DNA of 64,000 nucleotides from Nitrosopumilaceae archaeon (GTDB taxonomy: Archaea; Thermoproteota; Nitrososphaeria; Nitrososphaerales; Nitrosopumilaceae). The position numbers were made by a program, and so were the translations under genes. The stretch is from positions 64,001 through 128,000 of the forward strand of contig CBDCCK010000002.1 in assembly GCA_965214835.1 (NCBI GenBank), read 5' to 3'. This document shows positions 29,656 through 40,901 of the stretch, one piece after another. The notes beneath the pieces are model-generated. The model searched no databases. It was not told the origin of the DNA and worked only from the letters and a program-made list of their open reading frames with translations. Positions within the stretch are counted from its first letter, which is position 1. Each line of letters opens with the position of its first letter.

Positions 29656-32600
29656 TTATTTTGGGATTTCAAGGGCGCCGCAGCCCTCGACATACTGGAC
29701 TATGGCCTCCGGATCCCACGATCCGTCTTCGTCAAGTCCTGCATTCTTTGCTATGTGGTTTGCCGAATCGCCCTGTGTAAAAAAGTCCATGTCCAGATCA
29801 GGATGCGATATGCCAAAGTAGCTCAGCGACTCGTTGTACACTATCTCGTATTTGTGTCCGCACACGGTGACTGCAAGCGTGTTCTCAGGCGGCGTCATGA
29901 TGACTGTGCCTGCACTGCAAACTCGGCATACTGGTCACGGAGGCGAATTCCGTCCCAGCCTTCGATCCTCACGGGATGAGCGGCTATCCCCTTCATGGAA
30001 TTGTCATAGAACTGGACGCTCACCCAGACGTGACGATCCGAGTCGGGTTTTACGCGGTGATCCAGGAATCCGAACACGTCGCCGTGCACGTCCCATTTGC
30101 ACAGTGCCAGGCATTTCTCCACGGTAGCCGCAAAGTCGTCTGCAAATGCCTGGGCAGGCGACCCGGCATGCGGGCCGTAAAAAAGTCTCGTGCTCATTGT
30201 GCAGCAGGTATGCCCTCGGCGCACGCCATGCACATGCAGTTGTGGTGTTTCCTCTCAAGGCATACCGCAGGCTGCCCGGCCGGCCTTGCCGACGAGCATT
30301 TTGGATGCGCGCAGAACACAGCAAAGTGATGCGTCACGTCTGTCTTGCATTTTATACATTCCATTTGTTTTCCTCCCTGTTTGTCGGATTCGCCGGTCGT
30401 TATGGGAATGGGGACCATTCCTTCTCGACCTTCATTTGGTTCCACCCGATGGCCTCAAGGACAAGCTGGCTAAGCAGGCGCTGGAATTGATCATTGTCAC
30501 TTCCATCGTCAAATCCATTGGCGGCGTGTTCGAACGCCGTCTTGACCTCGTCTTCAGTCGGCTTTCTTCTAAGCCGTTCCATCAGGTGCGCATAAACGTC
30601 CTCGCGACGCAGCCAGAAGGCCGCCCTAGGTTCCATTTGGTTTTCAAGTTTGCTCATTTTCTTCCTCCGTTGGTTTCTTTCAGTATGTCAGCGGCATGGT
30701 GCGCCCTGACATTTCACTTGGGCCTCAGGCAGCGTGCAATCGCAGTCTGCCTCGTCATAGTAGAGGATGATGCAGTCGCGACTCCTGCTGACTATGATGC
30801 CTCCAAGCTCGTATCCGCCAAGCTTCCTGTGCGGCGGCACAGAGTTGACGGTCTTGATGTCCAGATCCACGCGGACGCTGATGCGGTGTATGCCGTCGAC
30901 ATATCCGTAGTGGTCGCGTGCCACTATGTTCTGCGCGCCGGATCCAAACGCCTTTTTGAAGACCTCCTCGATCTCGTCGGCCTCCCTTGTCTTGTATTTG
31001 TCAGTCAGGCTCAATCCCGCAATCCCCCTGTTCTGGTCCAGCCGTCATCCTCAAGGCAGGCAGGACACCTGCGGTGGTGGTCTGTAGGTGATTCTATGGG
31101 AACAGAGTGGCCGCAGTTATCGCACATGAGGCTGCCGTACGTATCCGAACTCAATCCTCGTCATCCTCGGGATTAAAGTCGGCCGCCCTGTCTCCTATTA
31201 TATCCCAGAATACCTCGTGCAGGTACTCGTTGTCTTTGATGGACTTTTTGCAGTCATCGAACACCTCGATTATCTCCTCCCGCGTGGGCATCCTGTTCAG
31301 CCGGCCGCCGAGCTTGAGCACGACGTCCTCCCAGGACAGCTTGAGGACACAGGCGGGCTCGGGCATGTCCCTGTACTTTGAATCGTCTCCTCCGCTGATC
31401 CACAGGTCGACCCAGTCGGGATCCTTGCGTGTGTGGGAGTCCTTGTCCTTCATTTTCTTTCCTCCGGCATTTTATCCCACACGAACTGGTCTACGGCAAT
31501 GCGCAGGTCAACCCCATAGTGCTCGGTGAAATAGTCGTCCTTGAGACAGTCTTTGCAGTAGCCAAACGCCCGGATGATCTCCTCCCGCGAGGGCTCGCGG
31601 TCCAGCATGTCCCTCAGCTTTTCCTCCACGTCCTCCCAGGAAAGCGTCAGGACGCATACGGGCTTTGGCATGTTTTGGTGCTTCAATCCGAATGCTCCTG
31701 GCAGCACACCAGTGTGATGTAGACGTTGTCTGCCTCGACGTCCCAGACATGCAGTCCTGCCTGTCCTATGAGGATCAGATCGCCGGGAGTGATACCCTCC
31801 CCGATGGGGGCGCTGAACGCGTACCTTCCCCCTTCCCGGGGTGTCATCGTACAGGATTCCAGCTGGCACTCCAGGTCGGAGATCACAGTCAGAGACATGT
31901 CATATTCTCCCGGGACGGTTCCCCGCGTTGATCACGATCCTCCATGGAAGGCGCCAGGGCGTACACCGGCTCCGGCATGTCTGTGAGGCTCAAGATGCTA
32001 CACCCCCACGTGAGTGGAGCGCCTCGCCGACCTCATAGTCTATCATCTCCTCAAATCCCTGGCCGTACTCGCCAAGGACGGCATCAGGCAGCTTTTTCCT
32101 GAGGCGGTCAAACACCTTCAGGACTTGCTCTTGCGAAGGCTCCTGGTTTGTTCCGTCGCACGTCATGCGCTCATGGACATCCTGCCACGTAAGCGTCAGG
32201 ATTGGTACTGGTTCTGGCATGTTTTCATAATTCATTTTCTTCCTCCATTGGTTTTTTCTGCGGGGATGATCCCGCCGGTGCCATGCTGGTGGCACATAGT
32301 CTGACAGGGACAGTTGTCGGACCCCGTCATGGTGGCGCGGTCTCCTCTATCTCGGCTATGCGCATATGGCCTGCCTGCCCGTTGCCAATGCACATCAGGC
32401 AGCATCCGTTCGGATGCTGGCCTGTGTCAGTCGCACCAATTGTGGGCGCATGGGCGGCAGGGTATATCTTTACAGTGACATAGTCGCAGCTGTCGCATCT
32501 TGAGGTTGCCAAAAGGTTTGATGCAGGCCGGACTCTGCAGTCACGCGGTCCGGGAACATGGCAGTCGACTTTTTTCCCGGCCATCAGTCGAACTTGTCTC

Positions 32601-35600
32601 CTGCGTCGCTTGCCAGATCCGCGATCATCTCTGCCGCGTCTGCAATCCGCAGGGCCTGGACCCTGACGGCCCCGGGATCCGCGTCCTCCTTGAGTTTTTT
32701 CAGGTGTGACTCGATCTCCCCGATCTTCTCTGTCAGGTGCCTGTCATAATACTCCTTTTTCATCGGCTGCCGGCCTCCTGGTACACATAGACGGCGCTGC
32801 CGATGACGGCATCGTGCGCCTTGCCTGTCTTTGCGTACTCTGAGCAGTACATGTCGATGTTCCGGTATCCGGGTATCTTCTCCGGGAACGGCGTGTCCGA
32901 GTCGCGGCGCATCTGGTGCCTGACAAACACCTTGCCCCACAGCAGCTCGATCCTGGCGTCTGGAAACGCCTTGGAGAACGCCGCCATACATTTTTTTGAA
33001 TCCATCAGTATCCGGCCTCAGTCATCATCGGCGGATCCCTCGATTCCGAATCCTCTTCTGCCGCATCTTCCTCGACCCTTTCGCTGAAAAACCTTCCAGC
33101 CCAGATTGAATCTGGAACGAGTTTGTATTCCAGTTCAATCCCGTTGGCATTCCACTGAATTGCCGGACATTCGTAGCAGTGTATTGTCTTTGCAGCAAAG
33201 CAATTACGTTTATGCACCTGTACCTGTACATTCCCGTTCCTCGCAATGAAGATCTCAAAGTGTTTTCTGCCCAGCATTTCGTTGAACTCCCTTTCGAATA
33301 CCTTCTTGATCACTGCACGATCTGTTTCAACCAGTGAGGCCATTAAGAGTCGGCCTCCCTGATTCCAAATGCAGCAAGTCCGGCCTCTACCTCCTCGGCT
33401 GCCTCTTCTGCCTCAAACATGGTGATCGCCTCCAGGGTCAGCTCCTCTGCGTTCTTGCCGCACTTTATGCGGTCCCGGATCAGGACGTCGTGTGCCGACT
33501 TGCCGCCGGGGGTTTTCGGCTTTTGGAGCCGCTCCCAAAAGTCGACGCCCTTTCTGACTATAATCTCCGAGTCGATAACGAAGATCATGTCCTTGTTATA
33601 CTGCGTGAGGCGGCTCAATCCGTGTCGTCCCCGGCGTAGGAGAGGGTCACCACGTCCCCGGACTTGGAATTGCAAATCCCGGACAGCGTGTATGACCGTG
33701 CGCCGCGACGCACGCGGTACGGGATGTCGCGGATCTCGATTTCCGGGATTGTGACATCCACGGAGCTGCCGACGACATACACGCCTGACACGAAGCATCC
33801 GAACGATCTGCGAAAGAGACCCTTGACACCCTTCAGGTAGTCGTATCTCTCTTGCAAAACGTCGCCAATGCCTGGCAGTGCCGGCTGGACGCTCAATTCG
33901 CGTTCCCGGCTGCCGGTATCGGGTCTGCCACCTTCGGCAGGATTATGCCTGCGCTCTTTAGAAGGAACGCGGCAGGCCCGTAGCCTGACAGATGGCAAGT
34001 CATGCCAGGCGGCAGCCCCACGATTACGGCCCGAAGCCTGTTACAGGCATCGGCACTCCATGAGTATCTGGTGCGCCTGCCACGTGTGATGACGCGGCAG
34101 TCATCCTCTGATATGCAGGCCGGAATCATATGGTTGATGCGGCTTTTGGCGGCATCCAGTATGATCTGGTAGGCAGTCTCCGTCGGATCGGCATTGTCCA
34201 GCGAGCGAAAGGTGTCATTCTCCGCATGCAGTTTCTCTGCCAGATCAAACGCCGTCAATCCGGCCTCCTTGACGGCCCCCAGGGCCTCATTTACATCCTC
34301 TGGATCCCACGCGGGGTGGAACCATCCGTAAAAGTCCTCGATGTCCTGTTCTGATATCTCGTTCATTTTATCCCTCCAATGGTGGGTGGTTGTCACACAG
34401 ATGCAGTTCCGGTCTGTCGCCGGTGGCGCATCCGTGTCCTGCTTCCTTGGCATTCTCATGGCTGCTCCACGCCCTCCTGAGCCTGCCGATAAGCGACAGC
34501 TCAAGCCTGATTACGCCCCTCAAGGAGGCGTTGAGCATGGCAAGCTCCTGGTCCGAGGAGCAGACAGCCATCTCGCTGAGAATGCGGGTGCGCCGCCTGT
34601 ACGCGTCATATAGGCGCCCAAGCAGCTTTACGTTATCTGCCAGGAGATGGCGGCGTGGGTTGTGCGTCTCGCGGACGCAGGCAGATGACGCGCTCAATCC
34701 TGGCTGTTCCTGGTCATCGCTGTGACAAGGCACGTCTCCCTCTGGAACATCTCAAGGATACGCGCGTTGTGTCCTGCCAGCTCCTCATCGGCCAGCCTCA
34801 TGATGATCCCTCCAGCTGGCGCGAGTCATAGTCGGTATGGGTATTGACCTTGTAGGCCGTCCATTCCAGGTATTTTCTGCTCATCTTTGTCTCCTCGCCC
34901 ACGAGCCGGGCTGCCAGCTCGGCTGCCATGGAGGCGGGATTATCCGGCATGCGTAACAGTCCTGCCCACTCGGCCAGGCCGGATTTTGCGTCCAGGCCGG
35001 CACGGGTCAGATCCCCCTCGATCTTTTTGAGCCGGGAGTATCCGTCAGGATGTATAGAGCGGTGCAGAATGTCCCAGACGGCATACATGTATGCATTTGT
35101 ATCGGCCTGCCTTGCGGCAGACGTGCCAGTGCCATTGATGCCTCCGGCCTTTTTTCGGCCGGATGGCCGCCTGCTGCAGGGACAGCCGCCGTTTCCGGGG
35201 CCTCCTGACATGTTCTCCAGGGCGTCATGAATCCCGCATATGTCGTGGCCGCTCAATTCAGGACCTCCTGCAGCGTGTTGCCGATCACGTCAAGCTCAAG
35301 GCGGGCATTCCGGATGATGCAGTCGCATTCACCGCACTTCCAGACGAGTCTGGGGGAAGGCTCGCCTTCATTCAGCGGACCAATCTCCAGCTTTGCACTG
35401 ACGTTTCTGCCGCAGCCCGCGCAGTGCCGTGTTCTTACCGTATCCCCGGGGACATTGAGCGTCCTTTTCAGGGATCCGCCGGTGCCGTCAGTCGCGTATC
35501 CCCTTATCGTGCCAGTCAAGGCTTTTTCGCCTTCTTGTAGATGATGTACGCCTTTGGTCCGGCAGAGTCCACGGCGTAGATGCGCCAGCCCGGTATTCCG

Positions 35601-36739
35601 TCAGGCACGCGTATGGACGCGGCCGAAACGGTGACGGTATCCTCGTTGATCATGGAGATCCTGGCATTCGGATATGCCCTGGCAAAGGCGGCCTCCGTCT
35701 CTTTCCTGCCGGCAGTTGCATGGCCTATACCGATAGTGGCAAGATATGCCCTGGCAAAGGCGGCCTCCGTATGCCTCCGGTGTTCCTCTGTTTGTGTCAT
35801 GCTCATTCTGATTCCTCCTCATGTGTGGTTGCATATGTCGCGGGCATCTCACAGGACATGGCCCCATCAAAGTCAGACCAATACTCCTGCAGAAACGACT
35901 TTGGAAGCCTCCGCTTGAGGTGGTCAAACACGGTTATGACCTCCTCGCGCGTCGGCATCCCACCGCCTGTCTTGTGGCGCCTTATCTGATCGTAGACGTC
36001 CTGCCAGGTCAGCACCAGGACTGGTACCGGTTCAGGCATGTTCTCAAAGTTTTTCATGTCTTGTGGCTCCTCCACGGAATGTGGTGATCCTTCGGCATGC
36101 ATGCTCATTTTCCGGCCTCCCCAGCTTTTTGGGAAAGCGACTGCCTTTCTGCAAGATCAAGGTCGGCCTGCAGGACGTACTCCCGCAGGACGGGGTGGCG
36201 ATCGTGCGCCTTGAGGCGCGCAGCACAGCCCGGATGGGAGCACGTAAGGAGGTGCTCTGCGTTGCGCAGCCGCTGCGCGTCGCTCTGATCCTTGCTGAAT
36301 CTGCCGCCCTCGGCAAGCAGATGCTCCCAGACCGTGCATTCTTTGGTGCCGCTCATTTTTCCACGACCTCCCAGGCTGCAAAGTCGTTTACGGTATCGGC
36401 GACTATCAGATCTTCACGCTGCCGTAATTCTTGGTCGCCGCGCAGGGCTGTAACACAGCTGTTGAAGATGTGTGCGAGCTCAGCCTTGGTCGGCTCGCGG
36501 TGCAGTGCATCGGCAAGCGCGAGACGGATGCTCTCTGGATCCAGTACTCGGATCTGTGTTATTTCCAGGGTAATCGGTCGTCTGCCTCCGGCCAGGAATG
36601 AATCCCCGGCAATCTCGGCAGCATCGATGTCGTACCTGCCACTGGACAGCAGATCACTGGCATTCGAACACGCCTCCTCCCAGGTATCGGCAAGGATGTC
36701 CGGAAGGTCGATAGTAACTTCCCATTTTTTCTGGCTCAT
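29656..36739 (-). CDS. Dense run of about 20 small hypothetical ORFs, including six members of a helical paralog family (30400..30657, 31151..31453, 31450..31671, 31990..32235, 35803..36108, 36353..36739)
   Basis: Shared MPEP..L.L.W.DV...L.R.P.REE...F motif (partial in the last member); overlapping stop/start codons. Confidence 0.6.
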
Positions 36740-37050
36740 TGTATCAGCTCCGTTGATACTGTTCTTACAGGTACTGGCACGTGTGGCCGCAGACCTGATC
36801 CTCCGGCAACTGCCGGAATGCCGCATATCTGGCCGGAGTGGTCCCGGACAAGCTCGGCGTCTTCTGGGACAAGCTGTCCCAGCATGCAGCCGTACACCTG
36901 GTTGTCATATCTGACAAAGAGCGCGGCCGTGTTCTTTTGCAGGGCCTTCTCCTTTAGTAGGGAGCCGGCCATAACTTTCCTGACAGTCTGCGGGATCGCA
37001 GTGCCGTCCAGGAATTTTCCGTTGTATTTTGCTACTGTTTTCTGCCCCAT
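36736..37050 (-). CDS. 'QKTVAKY' repeat-family protein, copy 3
   Basis: Near-identical to the N-terminus of 40247..40894. Confidence 0.75.
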   Translation of the reverse strand: MGQKTVAKYNGKFLDGTAIPQTVRKVMAGSLLKEKALQKNTAALFVRYDNQVYGCMLGQLVPEDAELVRDHSGQICGIPAVAGGSGLRPHVPVPVRTVSTELIQ

Positions 37051-37099
37051 AACATCCTCTCCTTGTAGTCTATAAAAGCATCCTGTCCCTGCGACCATC

Positions 37100-39247
37100 T
37101 CATGATGATGATGCAGATGACAGCTTCCGGTCAAGCCCGGCCAGTATGTTCCCGATGGCGACATGATTGTTCTTTGCGTCAAGTATGGCAGCGTAGGCCT
37201 CCCTGATGTCCGCATTCGATATCGACTCGTATGCGTCAGACACCGAAAGCATGTGCCTTGTCACGCTGCCGCCATCCATCGCATCACCCCACATCCTTTT
37301 CAGAAGCGGGGGGCTACCGTCGGCAAGGTCGTCGACGCACAGTCTGTCGAGGAGCCTGCCGGCTGCCACGCACAGCTCAAGCGGGTGCGACCCAAGGTCG
37401 ACCAGTATCTTCCCGTCGGGGATCCGGAGATCCCCGCATTCTTCGAGGGAGACCTCGTCGAGTACGACGACCTCAAGGCCGGTCTGAGCGATATCCCATC
37501 CGGACATGACGCCAAGGCTGGTATTGTACAGTATCCTGCCGCACATCCTCCTGAACGCATCCAGGGTGATTGCGCGGGGAGGGGGGCTGTTGCGCACGCA
37601 CATTCTGTATTTTTCGCCATAGCTTGCGTCGAAAAACGGCGTTTTTCTGAAGTAGTCGAACCTGTGTGAAGAGTGTGGATAGCGGGTGTAATGGCTCTCC
37701 CATATCGATGACAGCATCTTCATCTCGTCATTTGTGACGCAGATGACGCCGTCATCCACGTCTCTCTCGTACTTGTCGCAAAGCTTGGCGCCCATCATGG
37801 AATACATCACTATCCTTCTTCCACCGCTAGCCGAAGGCTTTAGGCCGTGACGCCTGATATAGCCGTCAATGGTCTCAATCCCAGAGCCTGCAACGAGCGG
37901 ATCGTCTACGATTCCTGCGTCGTCCGGACGGAAGACGCGGACGTCAGGAGAGTGCTTGTAGACCGCAACAAGCTTGATGCGGCTCGGATTTTTTGCGAGC
38001 AGCAGGCGCCACTGGTGGCCGCCACGATCCATTAGATCCCCGAGACGGCAGGAGGTGCCGTCGACAACCCCGCCCTCGCACAGGACAATCTCCGAGTACC
38101 GGCGGTTGTGTCCCGGGATGTCAATGCCCTGGTCCACTGCCAGGTCAAGAATGCAGTTTTCAGGGCGGTTTATGTGCTCCCTGAAGGATGGGGCGGCCAT
38201 CGAGGACAGCTTTTCTGTGATCATAGAGTCGATGTGCCTGTCAATTCTCATGCCGGTATCTGCAGGAAACCCGTCCCTGTTTGGCAGCGGTCGAAACCTG
38301 CGCTCGTCCTTGACGTGCACTACCATGTCGCCTGCTATGTGCTCAAACGCGCCGGCATACGTGTAGTTGATCGGCATTCGCGCAAGAAACGACGCGACTG
38401 ATGATACGGGACGTCCGGCATCGGCTGCCACCTCGATCAGGTCGTCAGACATGTGAAGCAGCGGCCGCAGTTCAAGCCGTGAATTTGCAGGCGCCCTGCC
38501 GGAAGGACGCGCCATCTCCAGGACCGAGCTTGGCTGCGTGCACATATCAGACAGTATGTTTCCTGACGCGCCAGCCACGGTAATACTCGTTGCGACGCCG
38601 CTGAGCGCGGCGCAGTGGCCTATATACGACTCGAGGGGCTCCCCGACAGCATCAGAACGCATTGTCATCGTGATGCGCGTGCCGTACGAGTCAAGATCTG
38701 CAGGAGCATCCAGGATCTCAAAGCCGAGCCCGCCCTTTCCCATTACTCCGTATTTCTCGCCGGTCTCGCGGGAATACGTCTCGACGATACACACGTCTGA
38801 TATGGTCATGTAGCTGGCAAAGCCCATGCCGAACTGGCCTGACTCTTCCCCGTCAAAGTTGTCGCTGCGGCCCAGCACGGACACCACCTCAAGGAAGCGC
38901 TCCTGGGATATACCCATCGAGTCCACACCGTGTATTACCAACTGGCGGGTCTGCTCGTTTATACTAATATGTATCTCGGGACTGGCGCCGTGCTCTTTTT
39001 TTGCGGTCCGGCAGGCGCGCGCCTCGTTTGCATACATCTCGCGTATTCCGGACAGCGGGCCCGTGTACAGGTCGCGTGAGACGCGCTGTATCATGACGTC
39101 GTGCTCCATGCGGACCGGTATGAGCCCCGTCTTTGGATTTACGGCGCCTGCAAGCCTTTTGGCATGCGAGGAGTCAACGCCAGCAACACATGCGGACTCG
39201 GCGGCAATTACGGGCTTTGATATCCTGATGCCGCTCATTGCCTGCAT
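37100..39247 (-). CDS. HSP90/GHKL-type ATPase domain protein, paralog 3
   Basis: IREMYANEARAC, DSMGIS, GQFGMG; the N-terminal DNA is highly similar to paralog 1. Confidence 0.88.
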   Translation of the reverse strand: MQAMSGIRISKPVIAAESACVAGVDSSHAKRLAGAVNPKTGLIPVRMEHDVMIQRVSRDLYTGPLSGIREMYANEARACRTAKKEHGASPEIHISINEQTRQLVIHGVDSMGISQERFLEVVSVLGRSDNFDGEESGQFGMGFASYMTISDVCIVETYSRETGEKYGVMGKGGLGFEILDAPADLDSYGTRITMTMRSDAVGEPLESYIGHCAALSGVATSITVAGASGNILSDMCTQPSSVLEMARPSGRAPANSRLELRPLLHMSDDLIEVAADAGRPVSSVASFLARMPINYTYAGAFEHIAGDMVVHVKDERRFRPLPNRDGFPADTGMRIDRHIDSMITEKLSSMAAPSFREHINRPENCILDLAVDQGIDIPGHNRRYSEIVLCEGGVVDGTSCRLGDLMDRGGHQWRLLLAKNPSRIKLVAVYKHSPDVRVFRPDDAGIVDDPLVAGSGIETIDGYIRRHGLKPSASGGRRIVMYSMMGAKLCDKYERDVDDGVICVTNDEMKMLSSIWESHYTRYPHSSHRFDYFRKTPFFDASYGEKYRMCVRNSPPPRAITLDAFRRMCGRILYNTSLGVMSGWDIAQTGLEVVVLDEVSLEECGDLRIPDGKILVDLGSHPLELCVAAGRLLDRLCVDDLADGSPPLLKRMWGDAMDGGSVTRHMLSVSDAYESISNADIREAYAAILDAKNNHVAIGNILAGLDRKLSSASSS

Positions 39248-39254
39248 CCGGGTC

Positions 39255-39740
39255 TCACAGCTTTTTCCGGGAGGAGGCCGCCTCTTCGAACTCCTTTTTG
39301 CGCCGGGACGCGCCGTCTGCTACAAACCCGCAGCTCTCGGCGCATGCCTTCATGATCCTCACAAAGTCCTCGCCGTGGACGGTAAGCTCGCCGGTCGAGT
39401 ATACAATGCATGCTATCTCGTAGCTTACGGATCCTTCTATCATCAGGTACGCAAGGGCGATATCCTGAGAAAAGTCCGAACCGCAGGCAGTCAGCGCCAG
39501 ATAGTGCGCCTCGTCATTGAGGTTGTACACTACAGTCAGGTTTGTCCTCTCGTGTATGAGGGATATCGTCTTGCCGTCAGGCTTGTCTACCAGCCGGTAG
39601 GCAGCATTGTATATGGGAATGTACTCGTCGTACAGCTCGTCAATCTGCTCGTCGGTCATCTTTGACTCCTCGTGGTTTCTGCCGGTCATCTCCCATGTCT
39701 CGCTGTCTGACCAGTCATCTACTTCTATAATACGGTTCAT
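39255..39740 (-). CDS. Hypothetical protein
   Basis: 161-aa ORF, YLALTACGSDFSQDIALAY motif. Confidence 0.65.
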   Translation of the reverse strand: MNRIIEVDDWSDSETWEMTGRNHEESKMTDEQIDELYDEYIPIYNAAYRLVDKPDGKTISLIHERTNLTVVYNLNDEAHYLALTACGSDFSQDIALAYLMIEGSVSYEIACIVYSTGELTVHGEDFVRIMKACAESCGFVADGASRRKKEFEEAASSRKKL

Positions 39741-39771
39741 TGCATTTCCTCCATTTTTTTCATCATGCCGG

Positions 39772-40266
39772 TCATGCTATCATTCCGCGGCATCGAAGCT
39801 CCTCCCGGGACGGCTTGTGGATGTTATCCTCGGTGACGTCCCCGTTTGAGATGGTCATGCCGCCTACAAAAAAGCCGGCCTCCTCCTCAGAGTCTACTAT
39901 ACGTATGGTCACATCCGGATGGATGCGGCTCAGGTGCCTGAGGATCCCCACTGGCAGACTCCATGCGGTGACCAGGTCTGCCTGTATTTTGGTATCAGTC
40001 GAGTCGTGCATCTTGACTTCTGCGATCCACTTTGTGCCCCACTTTTCGAGCCTCCAGTCGTACCAGTTGTCATGCCCGTATTTGCTCGTGAGGGCGGCAC
40101 GATGCTCCGCCTCCTCGTCGGATTTGGGAGTCGAAAAGCCGTCTACCTCATCCAGCTCCGGCGGAGTCGGAAGTATCTTCTCAAAGTCAAGCCCGGTGGC
40201 CAGTATCTTTTCTATCTGTTCCTTGGGGCCCGTAATTTTTAGTTGGCTAAATACCCAGTTTGGCAT
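39772..40266 (-). CDS. DUF1281/YubB ferredoxin-like domain protein
   Basis: MPNW...LDFEKILPTP...NWYDWRLEKWGTKW...TAWS.P signature. Confidence 0.82.
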   Translation of the reverse strand: MPNWVFSQLKITGPKEQIEKILATGLDFEKILPTPPELDEVDGFSTPKSDEEAEHRAALTSKYGHDNWYDWRLEKWGTKWIAEVKMHDSTDTKIQADLVTAWSLPVGILRHLSRIHPDVTIRIVDSEEEAGFFVGGMTISNGDVTEDNIHKPSREELRCRGMIA

Positions 40267-40894
40267 TGTTTTTTCCTCCGTTTTTGTCGTTTGCTGCCGT
40301 CTTGCGGCAGGCGCACGCGGGGATGTTGTCCTCGCGATCATAGAAGAGCTTGGTGTCGTCTCCTTCCTCGATGCGTATGGTTGCAACCCTGTAGCCGTGC
40401 AGCTCGGCGGGAATGTCGATGAACTCGATTCCATCCTGCAGCGTGACGATTACGGAATCCTCATAGGCATAGACGCGCCGTGCAGTATCGCCGAATCTCT
40501 TACGGAACGACTCTTCTGCTGCAGTCAGGAACGTCTTTGCGCCGGAGCCGCAGCGATCGCCGCCTGTGGCAGGCTCCCGTACGCAGGGTGCGCACATGGT
40601 GCCGGCGACAGCGGGTACGCACGACAGGCCGGATCCTCCGGCAACTGCCGGAATGCCGCAGACCTGGCCGGAGTTATCCCGGACAAGCTCCGCATCCTCT
40701 GGGACAAGCTGTCCCAGCATGCAGCCGTACACCCTACCGTCATATCTGACAAAGAGCGCGGCCGTGTTCTTTTGCAGGGCCTTCTCCTTTAGTAGGGAGC
40801 CGGCCATAACTTTCCTGACAGTCTGCGGGATTGCAGTGCCGTCCAGGAATTTTCCGTTGTATTTTGCTACTGTTTTCTGGTCTATGATAACCAT
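40247..40894 (-). CDS. 'QKTVAKY' domain fused to a C-terminal domain, copy 4
   Basis: N-terminal repeat domain plus a unique ~120-aa extension. Confidence 0.72.
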   Translation of the reverse strand: MVIIDQKTVAKYNGKFLDGTAIPQTVRKVMAGSLLKEKALQKNTAALFVRYDGRVYGCMLGQLVPEDAELVRDNSGQVCGIPAVAGGSGLSCVPAVAGTMCAPCVREPATGGDRCGSGAKTFLTAAEESFRKRFGDTARRVYAYEDSVIVTLQDGIEFIDIPAELHGYRVATIRIEEGDDTKLFYDREDNIPACACRKTAANDKNGGKNNAKLGI

Positions 40895-40901
40895 CTCCTT
40901 A

